Assembly: GCA_027078545.1 (NCBI GenBank)
Contig: JALWXN010000004.1
Location: forward strand, 128,001-192,000
DNA: 64,000 nucleotides
Direction of reading: 5' to 3'
Source: Nitrososphaeria archaeon
GTDB lineage: Archaea > Thermoproteota > Nitrososphaeria > Geothermarchaeales > JDFR-13
The notes below the pieces were generated by a model. That model did no database searches and was not told where the DNA came from. It was given only the letters and a program-made list of their open reading frames with translations. The translations under genes and the position numbers were made by a program. Shown one piece after another: positions 29,948-39,653 of this stretch. Every line of letters starts with the position of its first letter. The first letter of the stretch is position 1.

Positions 29948-30323
29948 CCTCCTTCTTTAGAACCCTAATATCCCTAATACCCGCTTCATATAAGTTTACG
30001 ATGGTGTTTGGACTAGCCTCTCCAAACAGCTTCCCGAAATCCTTGTATAGCTGTCTCCACTTCAGACGTGTCCGGCCACTCCTCGATATATACTCGACAC
30101 CTAGGACATTGTTGACCTCCACCACCACTATATCCTCTATCTGCTCAAGATCCTTCTTGCTCTCCGCCTCAATGTATACCTTCCCAACGTCATTCCTCCT
30201 CTCAAAGAGTATGTTTGGATTGTCCATATACTTCCTAGGAAACTTGGTCTTCCCTGTGCTCTCCACCAGGAACTTCTTCAGCTCTTCTAGGGTGCAATAT
30301 ACTTCTATCTGCATCTCCCACAA
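29925..30323 (-). CDS. Hypothetical protein
   Basis: 132-aa ORF overlapping the arcadin-1-like start. Confidence 0.6.
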   Translation of the reverse strand: MWEMQIEVYCTLEELKKFLVESTGKTKFPRKYMDNPNILFERRNDVGKVYIEAESKKDLEQIEDIVVVEVNNVLGVEYISRSGRTRLKWRQLYKDFGKLFGEASPNTIVNLYEAGIRDIRVLKKEDGGETNG

Positions 30324-30400
30324 ATCAGTGATGGGAGCTTGGTAGGATTTAAACGGTTATTGAGTTGTTAAGCCCTAATAGCTGGTTCCTAATTATTACT

Positions 30401-30481
30401 AGGTGGGGGCGATGATCGCGTTGGCCGCAACGACGGCCCTATCAACGGATGACTGAGATCTTGAGTTGTGAGCCCCCACTT
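30401..30481 (+). ncRNA. Box C/D guide sRNA predicted to target tRNA-Leu(CAA) (Cm34)
   Basis: 10-bp terminal stem AGGTGGGGGC/GCCCCCACTT, box C GCGATGA, C' CGGATGA, D GTGA; two antisense elements complementary to the tRNA-Leu D-loop and anticodon loop. Confidence 0.78.
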
Positions 30482-30552
30482 CCATGAGATTTTAATATTA
30501 TTTGCGGCGATTGGTATAGGATTGAAAAGAGGATAGAATCGCTGGTGACAGG

Positions 30553-32670
30553 GTGATGAGTGCCCAGTCATTATTCTCTAGGCTGAATAGGATCCGCCTC
30601 ACATCCCTAGTTATCGATTCACAGACCGCGCTGCACTATATCTCCCTATCACTCCTCGCGGTCATAGCTTTTCTCATAAGGATCCTGCCAGCTAGGTACG
30701 GGATCTACATAAACGAGTTCGACCCATACTTCCAGTACTACGCCACCAAGGTAATAATCTCGGGTATCGAGGAGAAGGGGTTACTAGGCCTCTTCGAGTT
30801 CTTCAACCATAAGATCGAGCTAACCTGGTACCCATATGGAGTCGATATGGGTGAGAAATACTATTTTGGGGTGCCATACTTCGGAGCGTTTACCTATCTC
30901 TTCCTAAAGGCCCTAGGCCTCCCTGTAAGCCTATACGACGTAGCAGTCTTCATGCCCCCCGTCGTCGGAGTAATAACCACGTTGATAGTCTACAAGATCG
31001 CTGAGAGGTATGTCCAGTCGAGATATGTGGCCATGATCGGCGCCCTCTTCTTCACCACGGCCTTCAGCGTACTGGCTAGGAGCGACCTAGGATGGTACGA
31101 CACCGACGGGTTGGGCATGGCTTTCCTCGTGGGATCCATATATTTCTTTATAAGGGGTATAGAGTCGTCAAAGCCTAGCTTCAAAGCTCTATATGGAGTG
31201 TTGGCAGGACTATTCACCGGCCTATTAGGCGCTACATGGGGCGCACATCAATATCCCTATCTAGCAGTAGCGATCTTCGTAATACTGGCGGTTATACTGG
31301 ATCTAGATGTGAAGAATATCGAGGTCCTCTACTTCCCCTTCTTCGCAGTCTCGACGATAATGCTTCTATCAGTCCCTACAAATGGTCTTAGCTATCTGGT
31401 AGGGGCGGTAGCCGTTATCCAGTACCTAGCCGCACTGATCCTACTCATAAGGAATGTAGTTGATATTAAGGTGTTTACAGGCCACCTTAGTAGGATCATT
31501 GGCCTAGGCATATTTGGGATGATAGGCCTCATCTTCGCCGTGGGTCTACTACCCGATGTAGGCCTAAAATCCAGGCAGATAATAACGGTTCTACCCTTCC
31601 TAAAGGAGGCCTTCGTGGTAGCCACAACTGTTCAGGAGCAGGCCGGATCCACATTCCTAGTCTTCTATAGGGATCTCCACGTAATCATCCCCTTTGCGAT
31701 CGGTGGCTTCGTTATAGTGGCAAAGAGGTGGAGGGATCCGAAGTACCTATACCTACTGATCCTATCGGCTTCCGCAGCCTATGTGGCAAACTCCTTCGTA
31801 AGGCTATCCATCATCTTCGATGTATTCGCAGCGGTCCTAGCTGCAATAGCGTTGAAGGAGCTGATGAGCTACCTGGTCACCAACCTGAAGAAGGGAGACA
31901 CAAACTATAGGATAGTGGCGTTCACCTTCGTAACTCTGTTCATACTACTGTCCTCCTCCATGATATACCTATACTCAATAGTCCCCATGTCTAGGACGAC
32001 GGTCTCACTAATCTCCCATGGATCCCCAATAGCACAGGAGAGGGTGTCGTACGACTGGATAGAGGCCCTTGAATGGATCCGGAACAACGTTGCCCCTGAC
32101 GAGGTAATAGCGAGTTGGTGGGACTACGGATACTGGATAAGCTTTATAGGTGAGAGGAAGAGCTTGGCTGACAACGGTACACTCAACGCCACCAGGATCA
32201 AGGAGCTGGCCGAGATGTTCATGACTACCGATGAGGATAAGGCTATAGAGATGTTGAAGGAGATGGGTGCAGACTATGTACTAGTATATATAGGTGTGGC
32301 CCCCGTAGCCCCAGACAACAATGACCTAGTCATGCTCGCAGGCTTCGGCGAAGATGGTAAGTTTGTTGCTATAGCTAAGATAGCGGGTGTGAACTCCTCA
32401 GAGTTTATAAACGAGGATGGCCAGGGCCCAAGGCTGACCGATGCCTTCTGGGAGACGTTCCTAGGAAGGCTGATCCCCTATGAATACCAGTCTACCCAGC
32501 CGGTGGGGGCCTTCTCGGTAGACGTATATGTATATTCACCGAAGTATCCAGAGGCATGGAACCTAGAGAGCCTAGAGGGTGAGAAGCTGGTCATGGTGTT
32601 CAGATCCAGCGACCCAGCACCGGGGGAGGTAGTCATATACAAGATAGTGGATAGTGAGGAGTCAGAGTGA
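30553..32670 (+). CDS. aglB: Oligosaccharyltransferase STT3/AglB
   Basis: EFDPY, many TM helices, TVQE, WWDYG, DNGT, DGKF. Confidence 0.93.
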   Translation: MMSAQSLFSRLNRIRLTSLVIDSQTALHYISLSLLAVIAFLIRILPARYGIYINEFDPYFQYYATKVIISGIEEKGLLGLFEFFNHKIELTWYPYGVDMGEKYYFGVPYFGAFTYLFLKALGLPVSLYDVAVFMPPVVGVITTLIVYKIAERYVQSRYVAMIGALFFTTAFSVLARSDLGWYDTDGLGMAFLVGSIYFFIRGIESSKPSFKALYGVLAGLFTGLLGATWGAHQYPYLAVAIFVILAVILDLDVKNIEVLYFPFFAVSTIMLLSVPTNGLSYLVGAVAVIQYLAALILLIRNVVDIKVFTGHLSRIIGLGIFGMIGLIFAVGLLPDVGLKSRQIITVLPFLKEAFVVATTVQEQAGSTFLVFYRDLHVIIPFAIGGFVIVAKRWRDPKYLYLLILSASAAYVANSFVRLSIIFDVFAAVLAAIALKELMSYLVTNLKKGDTNYRIVAFTFVTLFILLSSSMIYLYSIVPMSRTTVSLISHGSPIAQERVSYDWIEALEWIRNNVAPDEVIASWWDYGYWISFIGERKSLADNGTLNATRIKELAEMFMTTDEDKAIEMLKEMGADYVLVYIGVAPVAPDNNDLVMLAGFGEDGKFVAIAKIAGVNSSEFINEDGQGPRLTDAFWETFLGRLIPYEYQSTQPVGAFSVDVYVYSPKYPEAWNLESLEGEKLVMVFRSSDPAPGEVVIYKIVDSEESE

Positions 32671-32673
32671 CTC

Positions 32674-32850
32674 TTAGGGATCTATACGCCTCAGCTCCTC
32701 CACCAAATTTTTTACCTTGAGGTCTAGGTAGGGGTCGTCCGGAGAGAACTTGGCTGGATGGGCTACATTAGTAGATCCTCCACAGATGGGGCACCTCTCC
32801 TTCAAAGTGTATCGGCCACATTCTCTACAGATCCTTATCCTACTCTTCAT
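32674..32850 (-). CDS. nop10: H/ACA RNP protein Nop10
   Basis: 58 aa MKSRIRICRECGRYTLKERCPICGGSTNVAHPAKFSPDDPY; absent from the ORF track; follows aIF2-alpha. Confidence 0.92.
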   Translation of the reverse strand: MKSRIRICRECGRYTLKERCPICGGSTNVAHPAKFSPDDPYLDLKVKNLVEELRRIDP

Positions 32851-33668
32851 GTCTTAGTCTTAAGATTCTCCTCAAGGATCTCTATATTAACGTCTCCCTT
32901 CTTACCCAGCTTCTTAACCACCTGGTTAACGGTTGGTATGACCTTCTTCTTAATCGTCTCCGGCTTATAGCTCCACGTTGTTAGACGATATCTCGGGCTG
33001 CCAATCAACACGATCTCTGTATTCTCCAGCTTGGTGGCTGATGCCAGCTCTTTATCCAGCTGCCCAAGGGCCTCCTTTATCCTATATACACCTCCCCTTC
33101 TAATGCTGCTGACTGAGATCACGGCCTCATAGAAATACTTCTTCAGATGGATCTTCTTGGAGAAGAACTCTATCAGATCATTCTTGATGTCTGATAATCC
33201 AACCTCGTCTAGAAGGCCTGGGTTCAGCATTATATTCTCCAGGGCATCGTAGACAGTCTGCTCCCTATCTATTATTGGTTCTAGCTTCTCCTCCAAGTTA
33301 ATGTTGATCCCCTTCTCCCTAAGGTGTTTCTCGGCCTCCTTTATTATCCTGATTCCCCTCTGATTCCTCTTCCAGAGCCTCAGGATCTTGTTCTTCTCAG
33401 ACTCCGAGACGTCTTTATAGGAGACGTCTACACTCTTTGTGAACTTGTCTATCCTGATTACCTTGACTACGATCTTCTGGCCCTCCTTTATAACATCCTC
33501 AATATCCCGGACAAACTTGGTTGAGACCTCTGTTATGGGGAGGTATCCCTCGATGTTATAATCCTCGATATGGAGATATGCGCCGTGACCAACTATCTCC
33601 TTTACAGTGGCGACTACTAGTTCTCCCCTCCTCGGGAATATGATTCTCTCCTCCTTATCCATACTCAT
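32847..33668 (-). CDS. Translation initiation factor aIF2 alpha
   Basis: S1 domain PRRGELVVATV...VIRID, GSPRY; L44e-S27e-aIF2a-Nop10 synteny. Confidence 0.92.
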   Translation of the reverse strand: MSMDKEERIIFPRRGELVVATVKEIVGHGAYLHIEDYNIEGYLPITEVSTKFVRDIEDVIKEGQKIVVKVIRIDKFTKSVDVSYKDVSESEKNKILRLWKRNQRGIRIIKEAEKHLREKGININLEEKLEPIIDREQTVYDALENIMLNPGLLDEVGLSDIKNDLIEFFSKKIHLKKYFYEAVISVSSIRRGGVYRIKEALGQLDKELASATKLENTEIVLIGSPRYRLTTWSYKPETIKKKVIPTVNQVVKKLGKKGDVNIEILEENLKTKT

Positions 33669-33864
33669 CTATTATCTCACCGAGTATCTCGGCCTTACCA
33701 CCCGTAGGCCTGGCTAGTGGCTCGCCGCAGACTATACAGTACACAACCCTGGAGGCGTGTGAGAATATGATCATCTCATTGCCGCACTCCTTACACTTAA
33801 CCCTTAGGAACTTGCTTCTAGGCTTAGGCAGGTATTTGTCCAGCTCACCACTCACCAGGATCAC
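33655..33864 (-). CDS. rps27e: 30S ribosomal protein S27e
   Basis: PRSKFLRVKCKECGN...CIVCGEPLARPTGGKA. Confidence 0.95.
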   Translation of the reverse strand: MILVSGELDKYLPKPRSKFLRVKCKECGNEMIIFSHASRVVYCIVCGEPLARPTGGKAEILGEIIDEYG

Positions 33865-34139
33865 CTGGCTATCTCGATCTTCTTAATCCTAATACCCTCC
33901 TTATGTAGGATGTATCCACACTCTGTACAGGTGAGTTTTAGTACCGCCTTCTTGGTGGTCTTAGCCTTCCTCCTAAGGAGTGGCCACTTCTGGCCTCCAT
34001 AACCCTTCTTCTCCCACTCGTGCTTCCTAACACCCCACCTGAATGGGCTGTCCTTCCCCTTCTTATATAGCGATACCTTATGAACAGTGTGCCTCCTACA
34101 TCTCGGGCAGTATGTCCTAATCTCCTTAGGTACGATCAT
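33861..34139 (-). CDS. rpl44e: 50S ribosomal protein L44e
   Basis: TYCPRCRRHT, GYGGQ, KTTKK, CTECG. Confidence 0.95.
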   Translation of the reverse strand: MIVPKEIRTYCPRCRRHTVHKVSLYKKGKDSPFRWGVRKHEWEKKGYGGQKWPLLRRKAKTTKKAVLKLTCTECGYILHKEGIRIKKIEIAR

Positions 34140-34485
34140 ATGTATCCACCCCTTCGACTACCCCGGTCTCTCTAAGTCTATTATACAGTTCTCTATTTAA
34201 CCCTACTAGATCCCCCGGCTTGAGGGGGCCTAGGACATCTCCATTGTCAAGGATAGTCTTGAAAGTAGTCTTAACTATTCCCAGGACAATCTTGTCCTTC
34301 TCTACATTCTGCTGGGCCGGTGTCTGCGTATCCACACCGTCACGTTTCTCCAGGGAGGATGTATGTGGAGGCCTATCCGATGCGTCTCCAGGCTTCTCCC
34401 CTGTTTTTATGAATGTTTCTAGCGGTAGCTCTCCCCTCAGGATCATGTTTATAATCTGCTCCTTGGTGAGGTTGGGTGAGGCCAT
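34126..34485 (-). CDS. Short GINS (Gins15/51-like) protein, mainly B-domain
   Basis: Sits directly before rpl44e; C-terminal GDVLGPLKPGDLVGL...L..G; AAGGTG SD upstream. Confidence 0.6.
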   Translation of the reverse strand: MASPNLTKEQIINMILRGELPLETFIKTGEKPGDASDRPPHTSSLEKRDGVDTQTPAQQNVEKDKIVLGIVKTTFKTILDNGDVLGPLKPGDLVGLNRELYNRLRETGVVEGVDTYDRT

Positions 34486-34578
34486 AGGTAGACACCTTTA
34501 TAGAGGGGCTAGGGCATCGGGATACTTAAAGCAGCTATATAATATCAACTATCGAGATGGGATTATAATGGTTCAGCG

Positions 34579-35670
34579 GTGAACATAGTGGCTGGTAACC
34601 AGTCTAGGGGGTCAAACACCCACGTGATGGATCTGCCGGGTCGCGTAGTGATTGGTAAGGGTGTGATCACAAGTATCTCCAAATATTTGGATCCCCTCCT
34701 CCCAGATGGTGGTGGGGTATACGTAGTCACTGGACCCAAGCTTAGAGAGACAATCCTCCATAGACTGACCGAGAACCTTGGGATGGACTACAAGGTTCTA
34801 GTGGTTAGACACTCTTCGAAGGAGGAGTATGAGTCCCTACTAACCTCGTTCCAGGAGATACATGCGTCTCTGGAATATCCTGTAGTTATAGGGTTTGGAG
34901 GGGGCAAGTCGATAGATATGGCTAAACTCCTGGCCTATAGATATGGACTCACATTTGTAAGCATACCTACAGCGCCCTCGCATGACGGTATAGCAAGTCA
35001 ATTCGCCTCCCTAAGAGGGGCTAACAAGGCTTTCTCAGTTAAGACCCTCCCTCCAAAGCTCGTCGTGGTGGATATAGACCTCATAATCGGAGCCCCGATG
35101 CGCCTCATAGCCAGCGGCGTCGGCGACGTATTGGCTAAGTTCACGGCGGTAGCCGACTGGCAGCTGGCTAGGGATGAGGTGGGGGAGTATTACGGGGAGT
35201 ACTCAGCCAACCTAGCACTAATGTCCGCCAAACTAGTCCTAGACAACTATGAGGGGATCGCATCCCGCGACGAGGATAGTATCAGAACCCTGGTGGAAGC
35301 GTTGATAAGCACTGGTGTAGCCGCAGGTATAGCGGGTAGTAGCAGGCCCTGTAGCGGGTCAGAACATCTCTTCAGCCATGCCATAGACCTCCTATACCCT
35401 GAGAACGCCGCCTATCACGGGGAGAAGGTGGGGCTTGGGACTATAATGATGGCGTATCTCCATGGGCTCGACTGGGAGGGTATCAGAGAGGCTATCATGG
35501 CTGTAGGCGGCCCCGTAGACTATAGATCGGCTAATCTAACTAGAGAGATGGTTATAACAGCCATAGTGGAGGCCAGGAAGGTTAGGCCGGAGAGATACAC
35601 CATATTGCATAAATTGATGCCAGATAGGATGGCCGCCGAGAAGATCGCTAGGGAGACGAAGGTATTATAG
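34579..35670 (+). CDS. egsA: sn-glycerol-1-phosphate dehydrogenase
   Basis: GGGKSIDMAK, PTAPSHDGIAS, SRPCSGSEHLFSHA, HGEKVG; true start may be near 34627. Confidence 0.93.
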   Translation: MNIVAGNQSRGSNTHVMDLPGRVVIGKGVITSISKYLDPLLPDGGGVYVVTGPKLRETILHRLTENLGMDYKVLVVRHSSKEEYESLLTSFQEIHASLEYPVVIGFGGGKSIDMAKLLAYRYGLTFVSIPTAPSHDGIASQFASLRGANKAFSVKTLPPKLVVVDIDLIIGAPMRLIASGVGDVLAKFTAVADWQLARDEVGEYYGEYSANLALMSAKLVLDNYEGIASRDEDSIRTLVEALISTGVAAGIAGSSRPCSGSEHLFSHAIDLLYPENAAYHGEKVGLGTIMMAYLHGLDWEGIREAIMAVGGPVDYRSANLTREMVITAIVEARKVRPERYTILHKLMPDRMAAEKIARETKVL

Positions 35671-35706
35671 GAGCGCCCAAATCCCTAATTATATAGGGTT
35701 AGGATA

Positions 35707-36168
35707 ATGGCCAAGGAGCTATACTTCCTAGTCGGCGAAAATTCAGAGGTCGGGGACAAGTTTCGGATACAATGGAACGAGGTCTGTAGATCCTGTCGCT
35801 ACAATAAGATATGTTTCAACGAGAAGAAGATCGGCCACTACTACAAGATCGTGGAGATAAGGAAGCCTAAGTCCCAAATCTATTGTAAGTTGATAGAAGC
35901 CCCAGCTATGCTGGCCGTTGTGGAGGAGACTGCGATACAGATCTCAATGGGCTCGTCCTCAGCTGTTGAAGGGGTCTCAGTACTCTACTCCCCAATAACA
36001 TGTAGTGAGAGACAGTGTCCCTACATCAAGTACTGCGTAGATAACGGACAGGCTCTAACGGGTAGGGTTAGGATAGAAAAGGTGATTGAGCGTCTAGACT
36101 GCCCTATAGGGCTGGATCTCACCCTTGTTGAGGTTCGGCCTGAGCCTCCTGAACACTCTCCTCCTTAG
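35707..36168 (+). CDS. UPF0179 family protein
   Basis: CRSCRYNKIC and a second Cys cluster. Confidence 0.75.
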   Translation: MAKELYFLVGENSEVGDKFRIQWNEVCRSCRYNKICFNEKKIGHYYKIVEIRKPKSQIYCKLIEAPAMLAVVEETAIQISMGSSSAVEGVSVLYSPITCSERQCPYIKYCVDNGQALTGRVRIEKVIERLDCPIGLDLTLVEVRPEPPEHSPP

Positions 36169-36925
36169 CGATCACATCCACAAACTTCACGGCCTTTGTG
36201 CCCTCGATATACTTTAGGATATCATCAGCCACGTGCTTCTTCTCCAGGTGTAGCTGAGGCTTCTTGATAGCGAGGTCTCGTAGGTTGAGTACGACCTCTC
36301 CATCCACGATCTCTATCGATATCTTCTCGACATCCTCGTTGATATGCCTCTCCACCAACGCCTTGATCTTACCATTTGTATCAGTGATCTTCTCCCGGAT
36401 CTTCACCCAGTATTTAAGCCTCTTCCCGGCTAGTGGTGGGTTGAAATCCAGCATTACCCTGCCCCCAGCTATAGCCCTAACAACTGCGGGGGCCCCATCG
36501 ACATTTATGACCATTCCAGGGGCGATGTCTCCCTGGAGCCCGGCTCTCTGTAGCTTCCTAATAGTCGTCGTGACTATCTTCTTACTATCCCTACGGCCAA
36601 ACCCCTTCTCGGGAGGTATCTCCACCTCGTATTCCTCACCCACCTTCCTACCTATCAGGCTCTCATCCAGCCCCTCAACTACCCACTTCTCCCCAACCAC
36701 CACTAGGATAGGCTTGTATCGAGAGTCGTCTCCACCTAGGCCCGCCTCGACAGCCTTCTCCTTAATAGTTGTGTCGAAAACCTCGCCAGTATCTAAAACC
36801 TGGCCTACATAGTCGATCTTTATGAAGTCGCCCTTGTTAACCACGTCCTCCTTCGGTTTAGATCCAGTCTTCTTAGTCTTTTTAGCCCTAGTCTTCTTAG
36901 CTGTTTTACCCGTCTTCTCAGCCAT
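36119..36925 (-). CDS. FKBP-type peptidyl-prolyl isomerase (long archaeal type)
   Basis: GEVFDTT, GLDESL, IPPEKGFG, DFNPPLAGK. Confidence 0.92.
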   Translation of the reverse strand: MAEKTGKTAKKTRAKKTKKTGSKPKEDVVNKGDFIKIDYVGQVLDTGEVFDTTIKEKAVEAGLGGDDSRYKPILVVVGEKWVVEGLDESLIGRKVGEEYEVEIPPEKGFGRRDSKKIVTTTIRKLQRAGLQGDIAPGMVINVDGAPAVVRAIAGGRVMLDFNPPLAGKRLKYWVKIREKITDTNGKIKALVERHINEDVEKISIEIVDGEVVLNLRDLAIKKPQLHLEKKHVADDILKYIEGTKAVKFVDVIAKEESVQEAQAEPQQG

Positions 36926-36978
36926 CGGCCAGACACCTCTTCAAGAGTATTCATAAATATTCGACTAGCCAAGATTAA

Positions 36979-37515
36979 TTAAGCCTCGGACTTATCGTCC
37001 CTCCAAAGCTCAACCAGCCTCTCGATCAGCCCCTCCCTAATAAGTATCTCCTTCACCGGGGTGGGGATCAGCTCGCTCCACTCCTCTCCAGCCACAACCC
37101 TCCTCCTAAACTCCTCACCCGAGAATACTTTCCTCTGGTATAGGGGGATACGCCTCACCTCGTATCCACTCCTCCTCATGAGGCTCCTCGTCAGGGGGTC
37201 GTTGCTATAGACCCTCTTGAAGGGGGGAACTATGGTCTCTACAATGCTGACCCATGTAGTGTGTATATCGGAGTCTGGGATGGGGAATATGTAGTACCTC
37301 GAGCTGTCGATCCCCTCCTCCCTAAGTGTAGATACGATCATCCTGAACCTCTCTGCAAAGGTGAAGGGGTTCCTCTTCGTATATGCCTCTAGGGCGCTAC
37401 CCACACCTATATATACGCCTCCCTCCCTCTCCAACACGTATTTAACCGCATGTAGATGACCGTAGTGGAAGGGCTGGAACCTACCAATTATCAACGCCTC
37501 GAACTCCATGTCCAA
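36979..37515 (-). CDS. nadM: Nicotinamide-nucleotide adenylyltransferase
   Basis: GRFQPFHYGH, NPFTFAER, SGEEFR. Confidence 0.92.
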   Translation of the reverse strand: MDMEFEALIIGRFQPFHYGHLHAVKYVLEREGGVYIGVGSALEAYTKRNPFTFAERFRMIVSTLREEGIDSSRYYIFPIPDSDIHTTWVSIVETIVPPFKRVYSNDPLTRSLMRRSGYEVRRIPLYQRKVFSGEEFRRRVVAGEEWSELIPTPVKEILIREGLIERLVELWRDDKSEA

Positions 37516-37579
37516 GAAAATTAGTGCTCCCCCTTTTAATCCCAGCTTTAAGCCGGCCCCCCATAATTCTATATGGACA

Positions 37580-38914
37580 ATGTCTGAGCAGATACAGGAA
37601 CGCTTCAGAAGACTGATGGATAGGATCAGAGGCGCCCCCTACATCGATGAGAAGGAGCTAGACAACCTTCTAAGGGAGCTCCAGAAGATCCTTCTACAGT
37701 CAGACGTCAACGTAAGGGTCGTCTTCGACCTGACAAAACGTATAAGGGAGCAGATAAAGGAGGAGAGGAAGCTCTCAACGAGGGTCCCCCTGAAGGACCT
37801 TGTGATAAAGGTTCTCTACGAGGAGCTGGTGAAGATCCTGGGTGGTGAGCAGAGCCGGCTAGAAATCTCTAGGGATAAGAAGCCCTTCAACATCCTATTC
37901 ATAGGTTTGGAGGGTTCTGGTAAGACCACTACCGTGGCTAAACTGGCGAAACTCCTCTCTAACAAAGGGTACAGAGTAGGTGTGGTAAGCCTCGACCTCT
38001 ATAGACCCGCGGCCATAGACCAGCTTAGACAGTTGATAGAGTCTATAGACTCGGAAAACGTGGTCTTCATAGATCCGGATGAATATGGAGACGTTGGCAA
38101 TAGACTTAGGAAGGCCCTAGACACTGCTAAGACCCTGGAGATAGATGTCTTACTCATCGACACGGCCGGGAGGCATAAGAATGAGGAGTCCCTACTAGAG
38201 GAGTTATCGGAGATTAATCGACTCCTCAATCCGGACTACACCATACTGGTTATAGACGCCTACATGGGTCAGAAGGCCTACGACCACTCCAAACACCTAT
38301 CCGATAGAGTCAGGATAGATGGGATAATAATAACCAAGATGGATGGGACTGGTAAGGGTGGAGGAGCAATCTCAGCAGCATACGCATCAGGTGGAAAGGT
38401 AATCTTCCTAGGGATGGGTGAGAAGCTTGACGACTTGGAGGAGTATAATCCAAAGAGCTTCGTAGCTAGACTACTAGGCCTAGGCGACCTAGAAGGATTG
38501 TTGAAGAGGGTGGAGAGACTAGCTAGACAGGAGGATGAGGCAGAGCTACTAAAGAGGCTCTCCAAGGGTAGGATAACCCTCATCGACGTGATAAACCAGC
38601 TAGAACAGATCGAGAGTATGGGCGGGCTCTACAAGGTTCTATCATACCTACCTGGGATAGGCGACAAGGTGAAACGTGAAGAGATAGAGGAGATGGAGAA
38701 GAAGCTGAAAAAGTGGAGAGTAGCGGTGGACTCGATGACCCTGGAGGAGAAGCTGGACCCGACACTCATAAAGGGGTCGAGACTCACAAGAATCAGCAGG
38801 GGCTCGGGAGTCGATGAGAGGACTATAAAGGAGCTTGTGAAGCAGTATAACCTTATGCGCAAAGCGTTTAGAGACAGGAGGCATAGAAGGCTCCTAAAGG
38901 ATGTCTTTAGATAA
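37580..38914 (+). CDS. srp54: Signal recognition particle protein SRP54
   Basis: GLEGSGKTTT, DTAGRH, TKMDGTGKGG, M-domain SRLTRISRGSG; start placed at ATG 37580. Confidence 0.93.
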   Translation: MSEQIQERFRRLMDRIRGAPYIDEKELDNLLRELQKILLQSDVNVRVVFDLTKRIREQIKEERKLSTRVPLKDLVIKVLYEELVKILGGEQSRLEISRDKKPFNILFIGLEGSGKTTTVAKLAKLLSNKGYRVGVVSLDLYRPAAIDQLRQLIESIDSENVVFIDPDEYGDVGNRLRKALDTAKTLEIDVLLIDTAGRHKNEESLLEELSEINRLLNPDYTILVIDAYMGQKAYDHSKHLSDRVRIDGIIITKMDGTGKGGGAISAAYASGGKVIFLGMGEKLDDLEEYNPKSFVARLLGLGDLEGLLKRVERLARQEDEAELLKRLSKGRITLIDVINQLEQIESMGGLYKVLSYLPGIGDKVKREEIEEMEKKLKKWRVAVDSMTLEEKLDPTLIKGSRLTRISRGSGVDERTIKELVKQYNLMRKAFRDRRHRRLLKDVFR

Positions 38915-38970
38915 TCTGAAGTGATATTAAATACTTTGGCCAGGCCTATACAAGATTGTGGTGGATATAC

Positions 38971-39255
38971 ATGCCCCAGTCCAAGGGATATAGGGTAAAG
39001 ACTAGGAGATTATTGACTAGGAAGGGTAATCCCGGCTTCAGCGATAAACTCTTGAGACTGAGAGAGTTGAAGCCAGGGGACAAGGTTCTGATCTATATAG
39101 ATCCTAGGTTTCACAAGGGGATGCCCCATAGGAGATACCACGGCAAGATAGGGATTGTACAGAAGCGGAGAGGCCGTGCATTCGAGATAGACGTGGGGAA
39201 GGGGGATAAGATAGTCCGGCTAATAGTGCCTCCTGAGCATCTAAGACCCCTCTAG
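38971..39255 (+). CDS. rpl21e: 50S ribosomal protein L21e
   Basis: SKGYRVKTR, KGMPHRRYHGK, PEHL. Confidence 0.95.
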   Translation: MPQSKGYRVKTRRLLTRKGNPGFSDKLLRLRELKPGDKVLIYIDPRFHKGMPHRRYHGKIGIVQKRRGRAFEIDVGKGDKIVRLIVPPEHLRPL

Positions 39256-39277
39256 AACCTGCCCAGGTGGTCCCGTC

Positions 39278-39637
39278 ATGGAGGAGGAAGTTGGTAGGAA
39301 GATACTGGAGCAGAAGCCAATCTCCATTCCCGAGCTCAAGGAGGAGCTGGAGAATATCGGGGAGGTGGACTACGAACTATTCGCAGTCCCAAAGAGGGTG
39401 AAGGAATATCTAAACAGGTTCTCCAAGGTAGACGCAGAGACGGCGAGAAGGCTGAGGGAGAGGCTGGTGGAGGCTCTGGAGCCCGAGTTTGGCCAGGAAG
39501 CAGATGACTATGCCGTACAGATAATAAACATCCTCCCTCGCTATCCAGAGGAGGTACGCCTAATACTGGGTAGGGCGATAGCCGGAGAGTTGGAGAAACG
39601 TGTAATAGAGATTCTGAAGGAGGAAGGAGTGATATAG
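39278..39637 (+). CDS. rpoF: RNA polymerase subunit Rpo4 (F)
   Basis: EYLNRFSK, AVQIINILP..EEVR; L21e-RpoF-DUF655 synteny. Confidence 0.88.
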   Translation: MEEEVGRKILEQKPISIPELKEELENIGEVDYELFAVPKRVKEYLNRFSKVDAETARRLRERLVEALEPEFGQEADDYAVQIINILPRYPEEVRLILGRAIAGELEKRVIEILKEEGVI

Positions 39638-39653
39638 AGAGGCTGGACCAGGG

